Positions 55,850-64,000 of a DNA stretch of 64,000 nt are shown piece by piece (the first letter of the stretch is position 1; each line of letters starts with the position of its first letter). The translations under genes and the position numbers were made by a program. Below the pieces are notes generated by a model. It ran no database searches. It had not been told where the DNA came from and saw only the letters and a program-made list of their open reading frames with translations. The stretch is from Nitrospirota bacterium (GTDB lineage Bacteria > Nitrospirota > Thermodesulfovibrionia > Thermodesulfovibrionales > Dissulfurispiraceae), in contig CAVPZX010000005.1 in the NCBI GenBank assembly GCA_963710375.1, positions 416,001 to 480,000 of the forward strand, read 5' to 3'.

Positions 55850-56097
55850 AATGCGTAATCTGTCATGGAGACAACATCAAGGTCGCTGAGGTTAAGGAAG
55901 AATTTACTGTTGGAAACGATATTATTTACATCCCGGTAAAAGTTCCGGTCTGCAAGACCTGTGGCGAGCGGTATTACGACAGGAGAACGATACAGTTTTT
56001 GGAACAAGTTGAAGTAAATCTTCCCGAGACAAAGGCTGAGCTGAAAGAGGTAGGCAGGGTATTGATGTATGACAAATCAATGCCGGTTGTTAAGTAA
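55846..56097 (+). CDS. YgiT-type zinc-finger (MqsA-like) putative antitoxin
   Basis: MKCVICHG...VCKTCGERYY; ATGA overlap with the upstream gene. Confidence 0.85.
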   Translation: MKCVICHGDNIKVAEVKEEFTVGNDIIYIPVKVPVCKTCGERYYDRRTIQFLEQVEVNLPETKAELKEVGRVLMYDKSMPVVK

Positions 56098-56292
56098 ATG
56101 GCGGTGCAGGGAATCGAACCCCGGACACTGCGGATATGAGCCGGAAAAGATCAATTTAACACCTCAAGGAATACCCTCAAGTATACCACAAAAGCAAAGA
56201 GTTCCGAAGCGTAAGAGAACGTAATAAACCGTTTTCTTACGTCTTTTTTTGTGAACTTTAGCACGGGATTAGCACGAGCGGAGGGTAAGAGG

Positions 56293-57390
56293 TTGCAAAG
56301 CATCAAATCATTAATGGCGTTAGTGGATTCACTGAACATTGGATTTTACCTCGACGCTTATAAACTGACCGAAGAGGATTTCACCTATCTGGAAACTCTC
56401 AAGCAGAGGGCAAGAGATGAGGGCTTCAACGCAATAGAGCCTTTCGAGTTTAAAGGTAAATTCTTCACCGGTATAACTTCTGCAAAAAATATTTATGCAT
56501 ATGTTCTGATCAACAACGATGTCACCGTCAAGATTGCCCGTAAGCTCTCACAGGGGACTTATCCCGAAATTTTTATTGAGTATCGCTCCCGGCTGCTACT
56601 TGGCGGCCTGAAGGATGCCTATTTGATAGTCAAGGAATGGGTGGAATCCTGGGCCGATATAGAAAGAGAGAAAGTATCCCGCGCTGACATCACGGTGGAT
56701 TTTCAAGGGCAATTAAAAATAAACATCGATGATGTCGTTATGAGATGCAGGAACAACGGCGAATATTATGAAGCGTATCGAGATGGCCGTCGATTAACCG
56801 GCTATCGCTTCGGCTCTGCTGCATTGCAATGCAGGATTTATGACAAAACAGTGGAAATTGAAAAAAGCGGAAAACTCTATCTCAAGGAAGAATGGAAAAA
56901 GCAGGGGTGGGACGAAGAAACTGAAGTGTGGAGAGTAGAATTCCAGTTAAGGCGGGACATGCTTAAAGAATTTCAGGTTGAGACCTTGCAAAATCTTATA
57001 GATCATGCGCCCGACATATGGCGTTATCTTACTGCTGAATGGCTTACCGTGAGACAGCCATCACGTACAGACAAGACCCGTTCACGATGGGAACTGACCA
57101 AAACTTGGAAGATTGTGGTCGAATCATTCAAGGGCTTCGGCATCCTGACGGGAATAGTAAGGGAGAATATCAAAGATGTAACTGTTGACAGACTGGTGCC
57201 CCAGTTAGCAGGGCTATGTACCTCCTTTGCTGCTCTTACCCGGAAAGAACGTATACCGATATATGAAATATTGAAGCGAGCCGAAGCGCACATAAAACGG
57301 AAGGGGAAAACAACAAAGGGGATTATAGAGGAAAAAATGCAGCGGTATTCCCTATTCGAGGAAACTTATTCGGGGCTGCAGGAGGTATGA
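56293..57390 (+). CDS. Replication initiation factor (Rep_trans-like)
   Basis: VSRADITVD, CRIYDKTVE, WRVEFQLRR motifs. Confidence 0.8.
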   Translation: MQSIKSLMALVDSLNIGFYLDAYKLTEEDFTYLETLKQRARDEGFNAIEPFEFKGKFFTGITSAKNIYAYVLINNDVTVKIARKLSQGTYPEIFIEYRSRLLLGGLKDAYLIVKEWVESWADIEREKVSRADITVDFQGQLKINIDDVVMRCRNNGEYYEAYRDGRRLTGYRFGSAALQCRIYDKTVEIEKSGKLYLKEEWKKQGWDEETEVWRVEFQLRRDMLKEFQVETLQNLIDHAPDIWRYLTAEWLTVRQPSRTDKTRSRWELTKTWKIVVESFKGFGILTGIVRENIKDVTVDRLVPQLAGLCTSFAALTRKERIPIYEILKRAEAHIKRKGKTTKGIIEEKMQRYSLFEETYSGLQEV

Positions 57391-57428
57391 AAAGGCGCGA
57401 CATGCTAACCTTCTGTTATTCGTTACTC

Positions 57429-57869
57429 TCATTTGTTGTTCAGGAACTTTTTTATCAGCTTAGTTAGATAGTCTATCTTCCGCATCTCGCATTCCCAAAT
57501 AATCAAGGAAGCCCAGCCTAAACTTGATAATTGTTTCAAATTCTTTTTATCTCGAGCTTTATTCATAATCAATTTTGAATTCCAATATTGCACGTTTGAA
57601 GCCGGTTTGTTCATACCAGCTTTACAGTTATGCCCATGCCAAAAACAGCCGTGTACAAAAATTACTTTTCGACGCGACGAAAAAACAAGGTCTGGAGAGC
57701 CCGGCAAATCTTTTCTGTGGAGCCTATAGCGAAAGCCCATGTTAAATACTAAATGCCTGATAGTTTTTTCAACAAGAGTACCCTTCGACTTCACGCGAGC
57801 CATTAATTCACTTCTGGCCTCCTTCGTCAACCGGTCTTTTGTTTTGGGTCTTGATGGAATGTTACTCAT
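57429..57869 (-). CDS. vsr: Very short patch repair endonuclease
   Basis: RSELMARVKSK, LPGSPD, FVHGCFWHGH, IWECE. Confidence 0.93.
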   Translation of the reverse strand: MSNIPSRPKTKDRLTKEARSELMARVKSKGTLVEKTIRHLVFNMGFRYRLHRKDLPGSPDLVFSSRRKVIFVHGCFWHGHNCKAGMNKPASNVQYWNSKLIMNKARDKKNLKQLSSLGWASLIIWECEMRKIDYLTKLIKKFLNNK

Positions 57870-57914
57870 AGGCTGTAGACAAATAGTATACATGATTGAA
57901 TATCATCTTAGTCA

Positions 57915-58133
57915 ATGGATGTTAAATTATTGCTTGCAAGAAATGTGAGAGAGTACCGCGAAAAGTTAGGCTTTTCTCAGGAAGAACTCGCGGAGGTATC
58001 TGGACTTCACAGGACATATATCAGTGGGATTGAGAGAGGCGTGAGAAATCCCACAATTTCTGTGGTTGCAGTTTTAGCAAAGGCATTGAACATATCGGTT
58101 TCAGCACTTCTTTCAAAGGCCGGAGAAAAATGA
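57915..58133 (+). CDS. XRE HTH regulator, RM controller (C) protein-like
   Basis: SQEELAE...LHRTYISGIERGVRNP; ATGA-coupled to the putative REase. Confidence 0.85.
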   Translation: MDVKLLLARNVREYREKLGFSQEELAEVSGLHRTYISGIERGVRNPTISVVAVLAKALNISVSALLSKAGEK

Positions 58134-58873
58134 CTATTTTCTCCACGCCAGAACAGCTTCAAGAGATCAAGAAAATTCTATCAGGCTATATAAGATTACC
58201 ATTCTCAGACAAAACTATCCCCGGCGCTGTCATGGAAGCAGTTCTGGCTAAAGTCAGAAATGGAGTAGTTCTTAACACTTATGATTTTGTAGATGTTATA
58301 AATGCGGTGTCTCATTGTGGGTGGCAGGTAAAATCAACGAAAGAAAAAACTCCAGTTACATGGAAAAGAGCTAAATTGCCGAATCAAGATGAACTCATAA
58401 AGAACTCTCACGAGAGCAAAGAAGGGCTACAGGCACTTGGAGACACAATTATTGATTTTTGCAATGCCCATGTTCGGCATAGTATTGAGCTATACGACTT
58501 GCGTGAAATCGGATATAGCAGGCTGATCGTCCATAAAAACTGGACAATTACATATTTTGAAAAATTGCTCTGTGTAAGTGAGAGGCCGGATATTTTTGCT
58601 AAGGCCGATTTTTCTTGGAAATGGTCTATACCAAAGAAAACAAAGAAAAAAGAACAACTGCCTGCTTTACATGGGACTCATAAGACCCTCAAAAAAAAAT
58701 GGTGGGCGTGGCATGGATTAGGCGAAAATCAGTTGCATTTCAGTGGTGAAAGGGCGTGGTGGCCCACTACTTCCGAAGGTCAAATGATGACTTTTGATAG
58801 CCCCGCAGATAATGAAAGGATATTGTTAGAACGATTTGTAGATTTTCTTGCTAAACTAGATAATTCTGTTTGA
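58130..58873 (+). CDS. Putative type II restriction endonuclease
   Basis: Position after the C gene and convergent with the MTase; E...VD...QVK nuclease-like spacing. Confidence 0.6.
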   Translation: MTIFSTPEQLQEIKKILSGYIRLPFSDKTIPGAVMEAVLAKVRNGVVLNTYDFVDVINAVSHCGWQVKSTKEKTPVTWKRAKLPNQDELIKNSHESKEGLQALGDTIIDFCNAHVRHSIELYDLREIGYSRLIVHKNWTITYFEKLLCVSERPDIFAKADFSWKWSIPKKTKKKEQLPALHGTHKTLKKKWWAWHGLGENQLHFSGERAWWPTTSEGQMMTFDSPADNERILLERFVDFLAKLDNSV

Positions 58874-59991
58874 TTTAGCATTCCCTCAGCTATTTGTTTT
58901 ATTAACAAGGGGGGAACGGCATTACCAACTTGCCCAGCTTGATCATTGTAAGTGCCAACAAAAATAAAGCTATCAGGAAAGCCTTGTATTCTCGCGACTT
59001 CACGTATAGTCAGAATTCTAAGGTCAACCGGATGACCCCAGCGTCCTGAGCCTGGATGAAATACCCACCGAGTGATGGTTGGCGCAATCATTTTTTTTGT
59101 AAGCCGGCCATAGGCCCCGCTGTATCCACTCTTGACTTGCAAATGGTGTGGTAATTCTTTTAATCCTTCTCCCGGCTTCAATGATGATAGTCTTTCAAAT
59201 TGCAAAGGCTGGAGTTTACGAGCTATATGGTTCTTTACGCTCTCTTGTCCATCTCTTATCATTTTCTGGTAATAAGAAAAAGGCTCACATGAGTATGGCA
59301 TAAACTCAGAGCCTTCGCCATGTTTCAATGATGGCAAATCGCCTATGGCATCCCAAACGGTGACATGGTTATTAACAGAAAATAGATCGATAATATCTTC
59401 TGGAGTGTCGTGTGTGGGATGGGGTAAATTGAACATTACGCCAAGTCGGTTTCCTACAAAAAAAGCGCGGCGCCGCTTTTGTGGAATTCCATAGTCAGCA
59501 GCATTTAGGACAGCATATGATACGTAATAATTATCCTCCCTCAGTCGGGCTATTATTTCCTCCGTGTAAGCCAAGTCAAATCCATTTTTCATCTCTGCAA
59601 CATTTTCCATTAGGATTAGTTGTGGCCGCAAGTCACGACAGAAATCAAGAAATGTTCTTATCAACTGGTTCTTAGGATCAAGCAAATATCTATTTTTTCT
59701 CGGAACGTTCTTGGAGAACCCCTGACACGGGGGACCGCCTGCGAGTAACGTTAGCTCGCCCGGTTCCAAACCTACCTCTCTCATAAATTGTTCAGTTGAT
59801 ATTTTTGTTAAATCGTTATGAAAGAGTTTTGCTTCGGGAAAATTATGTTTGAATGTCGCCGAGTACTTTTTTTCAATGTCCGCACCTGCAATAATGTTAA
59901 CCCCAGCCTGCTTCAGGCCGCAAGAGATTCCTCCGCATCCGCAGAATAAGTCAATAGCTGTAAGTTTTGGTTCTGACATAATGTTACTCAT
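58780..59991 (-). CDS. dcm: DNA (cytosine-5)-methyltransferase
   Basis: DLFCGCGG, GGPPCQGFS, ENV, PQKRRR, QVGNAVPP. Confidence 0.95.
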   Translation of the reverse strand: MSNIMSEPKLTAIDLFCGCGGISCGLKQAGVNIIAGADIEKKYSATFKHNFPEAKLFHNDLTKISTEQFMREVGLEPGELTLLAGGPPCQGFSKNVPRKNRYLLDPKNQLIRTFLDFCRDLRPQLILMENVAEMKNGFDLAYTEEIIARLREDNYYVSYAVLNAADYGIPQKRRRAFFVGNRLGVMFNLPHPTHDTPEDIIDLFSVNNHVTVWDAIGDLPSLKHGEGSEFMPYSCEPFSYYQKMIRDGQESVKNHIARKLQPLQFERLSSLKPGEGLKELPHHLQVKSGYSGAYGRLTKKMIAPTITRWVFHPGSGRWGHPVDLRILTIREVARIQGFPDSFIFVGTYNDQAGQVGNAVPPLLIKQIAEGMLNQTELSSLARKSTNRSNNILSLSAGLSKVII

Positions 59992-60256
59992 AGTATTCAA
60001 TTTGCCGCAAAATTGTCAACCCCCGGTAAATAGCATGTCAAGCAAATATAACAAACTTTGAAGCATTCATTATATATTACTTGGTATTTTAAAAACTTTT
60101 GGTCTACTGTCCTATTGAGACTAATGGCCCTGCTTGCGTGCGGGGGGAGCACGTACGCAAGCAGGGGCCAGAATTATGATAGAATCGCGTGTGTTCTGCG
60201 ATGGCGTGGTCTTCCCGGTCAAATTATCTTGAACGGAGGAAATCTTGAACGCAACT

Positions 60257-60970
60257 TCATTTCTTTATTGGATTAGAAAAGATAGGCAGCAAAACTCCAA
60301 AAATGGTTACAAGTAATGTCAAAGCGGCAATAATTAGGGAGAGGATTTCATATGTGAAAGCCTTCTTGGGTTTTTCATAGGGATAAATCCTAACGTAAGG
60401 AAATAGTTTGCCCTTAGAAGAAAAAAACGAAATAATAATCATTATAGCTGTAAAACAAAATGTGGCAAAGGATAGCAGGAATTTTCCTTTTATTAGTTGT
60501 AAGATTCCAAGAAAAAAGGCGGGACTTATGAGCATGCCTGCTGTTACAGGCATGGCACGAGTTATGATTGAATACCATGGCTTTCTTTTTCTGAAGAAAT
60601 TGGTAAGCTGTGCGATGCGACCGAGATAAGAAGCTTCGTCATTAGATGAAATTTGGTAATGAACGAAATTGTGATACATGGTCAAGGAGAGTGAATTATT
60701 TATTTCCTGATTATCATCGCGAGTTAACACAGTTACCGATAATTCATTAGTTGGGGCCTCCTTGCTAAAAGCTTTAACCTCATCAATTGAAGTAAATATT
60801 TGCTTAAGGCCTTCATAACCAATTTGTACAGACAAATTAATATTCTGAATCGGTGCGCCCGCCGTGAGTATTTGGAGGAGCTCTATCATATCGGCCTTAT
60901 AAAAAAGAACTGGATGGACTTCAATTAATTTTGACCATTCTTGTTTCATAGCGCCATTTATCTCCTGCAC
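60257..60970 (-). CDS. Membrane protein (soluble N-terminal domain plus 3 TM)
   Basis: 237-aa AT-rich ORF with hydrophobic C-terminal segments. Confidence 0.65.
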   Translation of the reverse strand: MQEINGAMKQEWSKLIEVHPVLFYKADMIELLQILTAGAPIQNINLSVQIGYEGLKQIFTSIDEVKAFSKEAPTNELSVTVLTRDDNQEINNSLSLTMYHNFVHYQISSNDEASYLGRIAQLTNFFRKRKPWYSIITRAMPVTAGMLISPAFFLGILQLIKGKFLLSFATFCFTAIMIIISFFSSKGKLFPYVRIYPYEKPKKAFTYEILSLIIAALTLLVTIFGVLLPIFSNPIKK

Positions 60971-61377
60971 AAGATGAAATACACTGGATTATAACATTTT
61001 TTTCTATCAGAGCAGCTATCTATAGTCCTTATGATTATGTGCCTCTGCTGCGGGCAGCGCACCGCGAGGCGGGGAGCAGCACGCAAGCAGAGTAGGGCAG
61101 CCCCCTTACGGTTTAACAAGGGGGGTGCAAAATGCACATGGGAATGGCGTTTGAATTCTTATCTTGAGCCGTTATATGATAAAAGAGAGCATATAAGAGA
61201 AGGCATTGCGGGGAAAGTTTTGGAGGTTTTCCCCTTATTTATCCGGCATCTTATGGGAGAGGTTGGACGTCTCCTACGGTGGGCATGCGGGATAGATAAT
61301 TTATTACAATGTCTTCTCTCATATGCTCGTTTTTATTCAGACTCACTTATATCCGCAATTGAGTTTCTGAAGTATGT

Positions 61378-61776
61378 TTAACGTTTCTTGCGAAAGTTCG
61401 TTATGAGCGTCCATTTAGTATCACCAGGCATTCTACACTCCCAGAATAACCAACCATTAACGGGATTCTGAGTTATAGATACAGCAGCCGCAGAAGCAGA
61501 ATGAAATCTATTGCCATTAATGACTAATGCTCCGTTTTCAATTTTGCCTGCATAGCTTTGCCCTTTGTGAAACGCTCGAAACTCTGTTCCATGGGGGAAG
61601 GTAACACCTTTTGTAACCCAAGGCGTGCTGGCATGTTTAGTTATTACCTTGGTGGTATCGGATTCTTTTAGGTCGAATGTTCTCCTCAATACATCATTAA
61701 AGCTATCGCTTTCATCCCTGAGTAGACTCGTCATTTTTTTGTACACCTCGAAATCAATTGGTATGGTTGTATACAT
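61378..61776 (-). CDS. SeqA-N-like ribbon plus RAMA-like domain protein
   Basis: TIPIDFEVY...SFNDVLRR; C-terminal FHSASAAA...VNGWLFW. Confidence 0.7.
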   Translation of the reverse strand: MYTTIPIDFEVYKKMTSLLRDESDSFNDVLRRTFDLKESDTTKVITKHASTPWVTKGVTFPHGTEFRAFHKGQSYAGKIENGALVINGNRFHSASAAAVSITQNPVNGWLFWECRMPGDTKWTLITNFRKKR

Positions 61777-61820
61777 TTGCCCTATTCTCCTTAAATTACT
61801 TAAACTATCTTATAGTTAAA

Positions 61821-61891
61821 ATAGTAGCATTTATAGTTAGTTGTGTCAAGTAAAAAATTGATTGACAAAACACTTCTACACGTGTTAGCGT
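61821..61891. promoter_or_regulatory. Divergent sigma70 promoters
   Basis: Minus: TTGACA-17-TACTAT (61849-61821); plus: TTGACA at 61862 with TAGCGT 18 bp later. Confidence 0.65.
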
Positions 61892-61925
61892 GTACACATG
61901 CGGCTGGGTGGGGAGGATAACGCGA

Positions 61926-62228
61926 ATGAGAAAGAAATTAACGCTGACAATTGATGCGGATGTTTACGACATGATTAAAGACTTGCCCCGTAAAATATCT
62001 ATATCTGAGGTTGTCTCTTTTATACTTAAGGCAATGTATCAAGACCTGAAAAAGGGCAGAGAATTAACACAAGAGGAGTTTGAGGTATGGGCAAAGAGCA
62101 GTCCTGAATTGGCCGACATCAGAGAGAGAATGAGGGAACACTGGGGGTCTGGAATAAGAAAGATTGATGAAGTCGTCGAGAAAGTGAAAACGATTGCTAA
62201 GCCGAGGAAGAGCAAGAAAGATAAATAA
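61926..62228 (+). CDS. Ribbon-helix-helix-like DNA-binding protein
   Basis: MRKKLTLTIDADVY...ISISEVV; GGAGG SD. Confidence 0.65.
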   Translation: MRKKLTLTIDADVYDMIKDLPRKISISEVVSFILKAMYQDLKKGRELTQEEFEVWAKSSPELADIRERMREHWGSGIRKIDEVVEKVKTIAKPRKSKKDK

Positions 62229-62230
62229 CC

Positions 62231-62512
62231 ATGCAGCAATTAGATAAATATCCCGACCTTATGACACCGGGAGAAGTTGCAGAAGTTCTCGGGTGCAGGC
62301 CTGTAACCGTTCCTCGCCTTAGAGGTCTTATGAAGGCATATGTACTCAACGGAAGAAAGAAGTTTAAGTATAGAAAGCAGGATGTGATTGATTACATAAA
62401 TTCAAAGGTCGAAAAAAGGGAGGTGATAGAGATTGCCAGTAAACAGAAGAAAGGACACCGGAAAATGGGGTTACCGACATTATTACCGTGGGAGGAACTA
62501 CAGAAAGCATGA
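62231..62512 (+). CDS. Excisionase-like HTH protein
   Basis: LMTPGEVAEVLG...YRKQDVIDYI; overlaps the integrase start. Confidence 0.75.
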   Translation: MQQLDKYPDLMTPGEVAEVLGCRPVTVPRLRGLMKAYVLNGRKKFKYRKQDVIDYINSKVEKREVIEIASKQKKGHRKMGLPTLLPWEELQKA

Positions 62513-63596
62513 ATGGGATACGCGAGAAGAGGCCGTCAATGCTTTTAACGAGCTATTAGACAAACTGAGAAGAGAAATTCCAGTTACTGATTCAAATATA
62601 TATTTGGTTGAAGCTGTGAACGAATTTATGAAATACTCTAAACGGGTTGGAAAATCTGAAAGTCGATTACTGCACCTGTACCTTAATTTTGAGAAGTTCT
62701 TAATTCCTTTTTTGGGTGACAGTAAAAGATTGAGAGATATTACGCATCTGGATATCGAATCTTTTATAGATGATCAGATGAAGCGACCCATAAAGAACAA
62801 AACAATTAAACATTATGTTGATGACCTGAACGCATTGCTTAACTGGGCCAAGAAAGAGGAAATCATTTCCGCAAATCCCATGCTCAAAGTTAATAGAAAA
62901 CGAATCAGACCGGAGAAGATTATTAAACAAGGCCACACACCGGAGAAGATTAAAATTTGTGAATCGGTGCTAAACGATGAACAGAGGCTATTTTTTAGGT
63001 TCATCAAATTTACCGGGGCCAGACTGGATGAAGCTTTAAAAATGATATGGCCCGATGTTCATTACGAAGGTGAAGGCAAGGTTATTTTAAGAGGAACCAA
63101 GACTGAAGAATCTTTAAGGGAAATAGAAATGTGTAAAGGTCTTCGCCAAACACTTAAAGACTTAGAGAAGCATAGAACTGATTCACCCTACTTGTTTCAT
63201 AAAAAAGACGGCTCACGGATTTATAGAAGAGATAAGCTTTTTAAGAAAATCACGAAGCTTACCGGGATAAAGATTACCGCTAAAAGTCTGAGAGATTATT
63301 TCTGCTCTATGATCGGCATGGGGGACGATGAGTATACCCCAGATATCGTGACCGCACAGAAGCTGATGGGACATGCAAACCTGAACACGACTCAGAGGTA
63401 TCTCTTTTCGTTAAAAGATCGCCGTATAAGGGCCGTAGCAATTTTAGACAGAATAGAAGGGATTAGCACTGACATTAGCACGGGACAGGGTATTTCATGC
63501 GAGGGGCAAGCCGTAACTCATTGTAAATTAAAATGGCGGTGCAGGGAATCGAACCCCGGACACTGCGGATATGAGCCGCATGCTCTAACCGTCTGA
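62433..63596 (+). CDS. Tyrosine recombinase/integrase
   Basis: TGARLDE, KSLR (for HxLR), LMGH, TQRY; N-terminal arm-binding-like region. Confidence 0.92.
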   Translation: MPVNRRKDTGKWGYRHYYRGRNYRKHEWDTREEAVNAFNELLDKLRREIPVTDSNIYLVEAVNEFMKYSKRVGKSESRLLHLYLNFEKFLIPFLGDSKRLRDITHLDIESFIDDQMKRPIKNKTIKHYVDDLNALLNWAKKEEIISANPMLKVNRKRIRPEKIIKQGHTPEKIKICESVLNDEQRLFFRFIKFTGARLDEALKMIWPDVHYEGEGKVILRGTKTEESLREIEMCKGLRQTLKDLEKHRTDSPYLFHKKDGSRIYRRDKLFKKITKLTGIKITAKSLRDYFCSMIGMGDDEYTPDIVTAQKLMGHANLNTTQRYLFSLKDRRIRAVAILDRIEGISTDISTGQGISCEGQAVTHCKLKWRCRESNPGHCGYEPHALTV

Positions 63597-63607
63597 GCTA
63601 CACCGCC
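63534..63607 (-). tRNA. tRNA-Met(CAT), elongator-like
   Basis: GGCGGTGTAGCTCAG...GCGG-CTCATAT-CCGC...GTTCGATTCCCTGCACCGCCA. Confidence 0.93.
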
Positions 63608-63836
63608 TTTCTCTTATACAGCTTTCAATTATACCAAACGGCAGAATTTTAAGGCAATTTCCTAATCTCCCATAATTCTGCTTGTATTCTCTTCTTTAAC
63701 CATGATATTGTTTTATTAATATTCATCACTTCTGTATAAGGCAATAGATTGAGATGCTGATCCCGGCGGTCCTGTGTTTATCCTCCCGGTTCGACCACGT
63801 GGGAATTCTACACCGAAGTTATTGAAGGGTTAAGTA

Positions 63837-64000
63837 ATGCAAAACAGCTTGGGTGAAGCTGAAATAAAGCTTTTCCAGTTTCTAGAGACCCTGCCAATGG
63901 GGATTTTTGTTCTGGACTCACAAGGAACATCCTGTTATGCAAATACAAAAGCGCAGGAAATGCTCGGCAAAGTGGTGACGGTAGACACCCAAGCCAGTCA
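63837..64000 (+). CDS. PAS-domain protein, N-terminal fragment (runs off the right edge)
   Basis: Manual translation: FLETLPMGIFVLDSQG...YANTKAQEMLG. Confidence 0.7.
   Translation, partial: MQNSLGEAEIKLFQFLETLPMGIFVLDSQGTSCYANTKAQEMLGKVVTVDTQAS

Larger units (their letters stand above)
56096..63578. mobile_element. Integrative element in tRNA-Met bounded by 48-bp direct repeats
   Basis: AAATGGCGGTGCAGGGAATCGAACCCCGGACACTGCGGATATGAGCCG at 56096-56143 and 63531-63578; integrase, excisionase-like and Rep genes inside. Confidence 0.93.

Noticed and set aside
56096..56143. Second tRNA-Met gene
   Set aside because: Only the 3' part is present; it is the att duplication
61031..61381. 116-aa ORF in the element
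   Set aside because: Overlaps the GC-rich hairpins, lacks an SD and has no recognisable protein features; probably spurious
56096..63578. Prophage or inovirus
   Set aside because: No capsid, terminase, Zot-like ATPase or small coat-protein genes

Overview
Chromosomal window of about 45% GC from a Gram-negative bacterium; a Nitrospirota/deltaproteobacteria-like anaerobe is my impression, not demonstrated. (1) Housekeeping genes: sod, an ABC/MFP/TolC exporter, serA, lgt, gltX, glnS, tRNA-Leu, cysM, fumA, icmF. (2) A ~21 kb block (13.4-34.5 kb) that looks like a phosphate-starvation regulon, held together by seven 11-bp-periodic Pho-box-like arrays, with an eighth at 51.2 kb. It holds pstSCAB-phoU, OlsB/OlsA-like and glycolipid genes, an MCP and an EAL-CBS-GGDEF protein. 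It also holds a ferrosome-like cluster: HMA2-type proteins, a GxxxG/DUF5132-like protein, a 22-aa-repeat amphipathic protein, an HMA2-fused P2A-type ATPase and a MetK paralogue with altered substrate-binding residues. Four small Cys4 paralogues sit behind the same boxes. (3) A UGA-interrupted UxxC peroxiredoxin-like selenoprotein. (4) A 7.4 kb element integrated in tRNA-Met, with a tyrosine integrase whose C-terminus spans the att site, a Rep_trans initiator, a C-protein/REase/C5-MTase/Vsr set and a RAMA-domain protein; an older TA-carrying remnant lies beside it. (5) Three MITE-like ~190 bp elements and several palindromic hexamer-repeat tracts. Three +1 frameshifts (ATPase, malQ, gltX) are probably sequencing errors. 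All calls come from reading motifs by eye; no searches were run.
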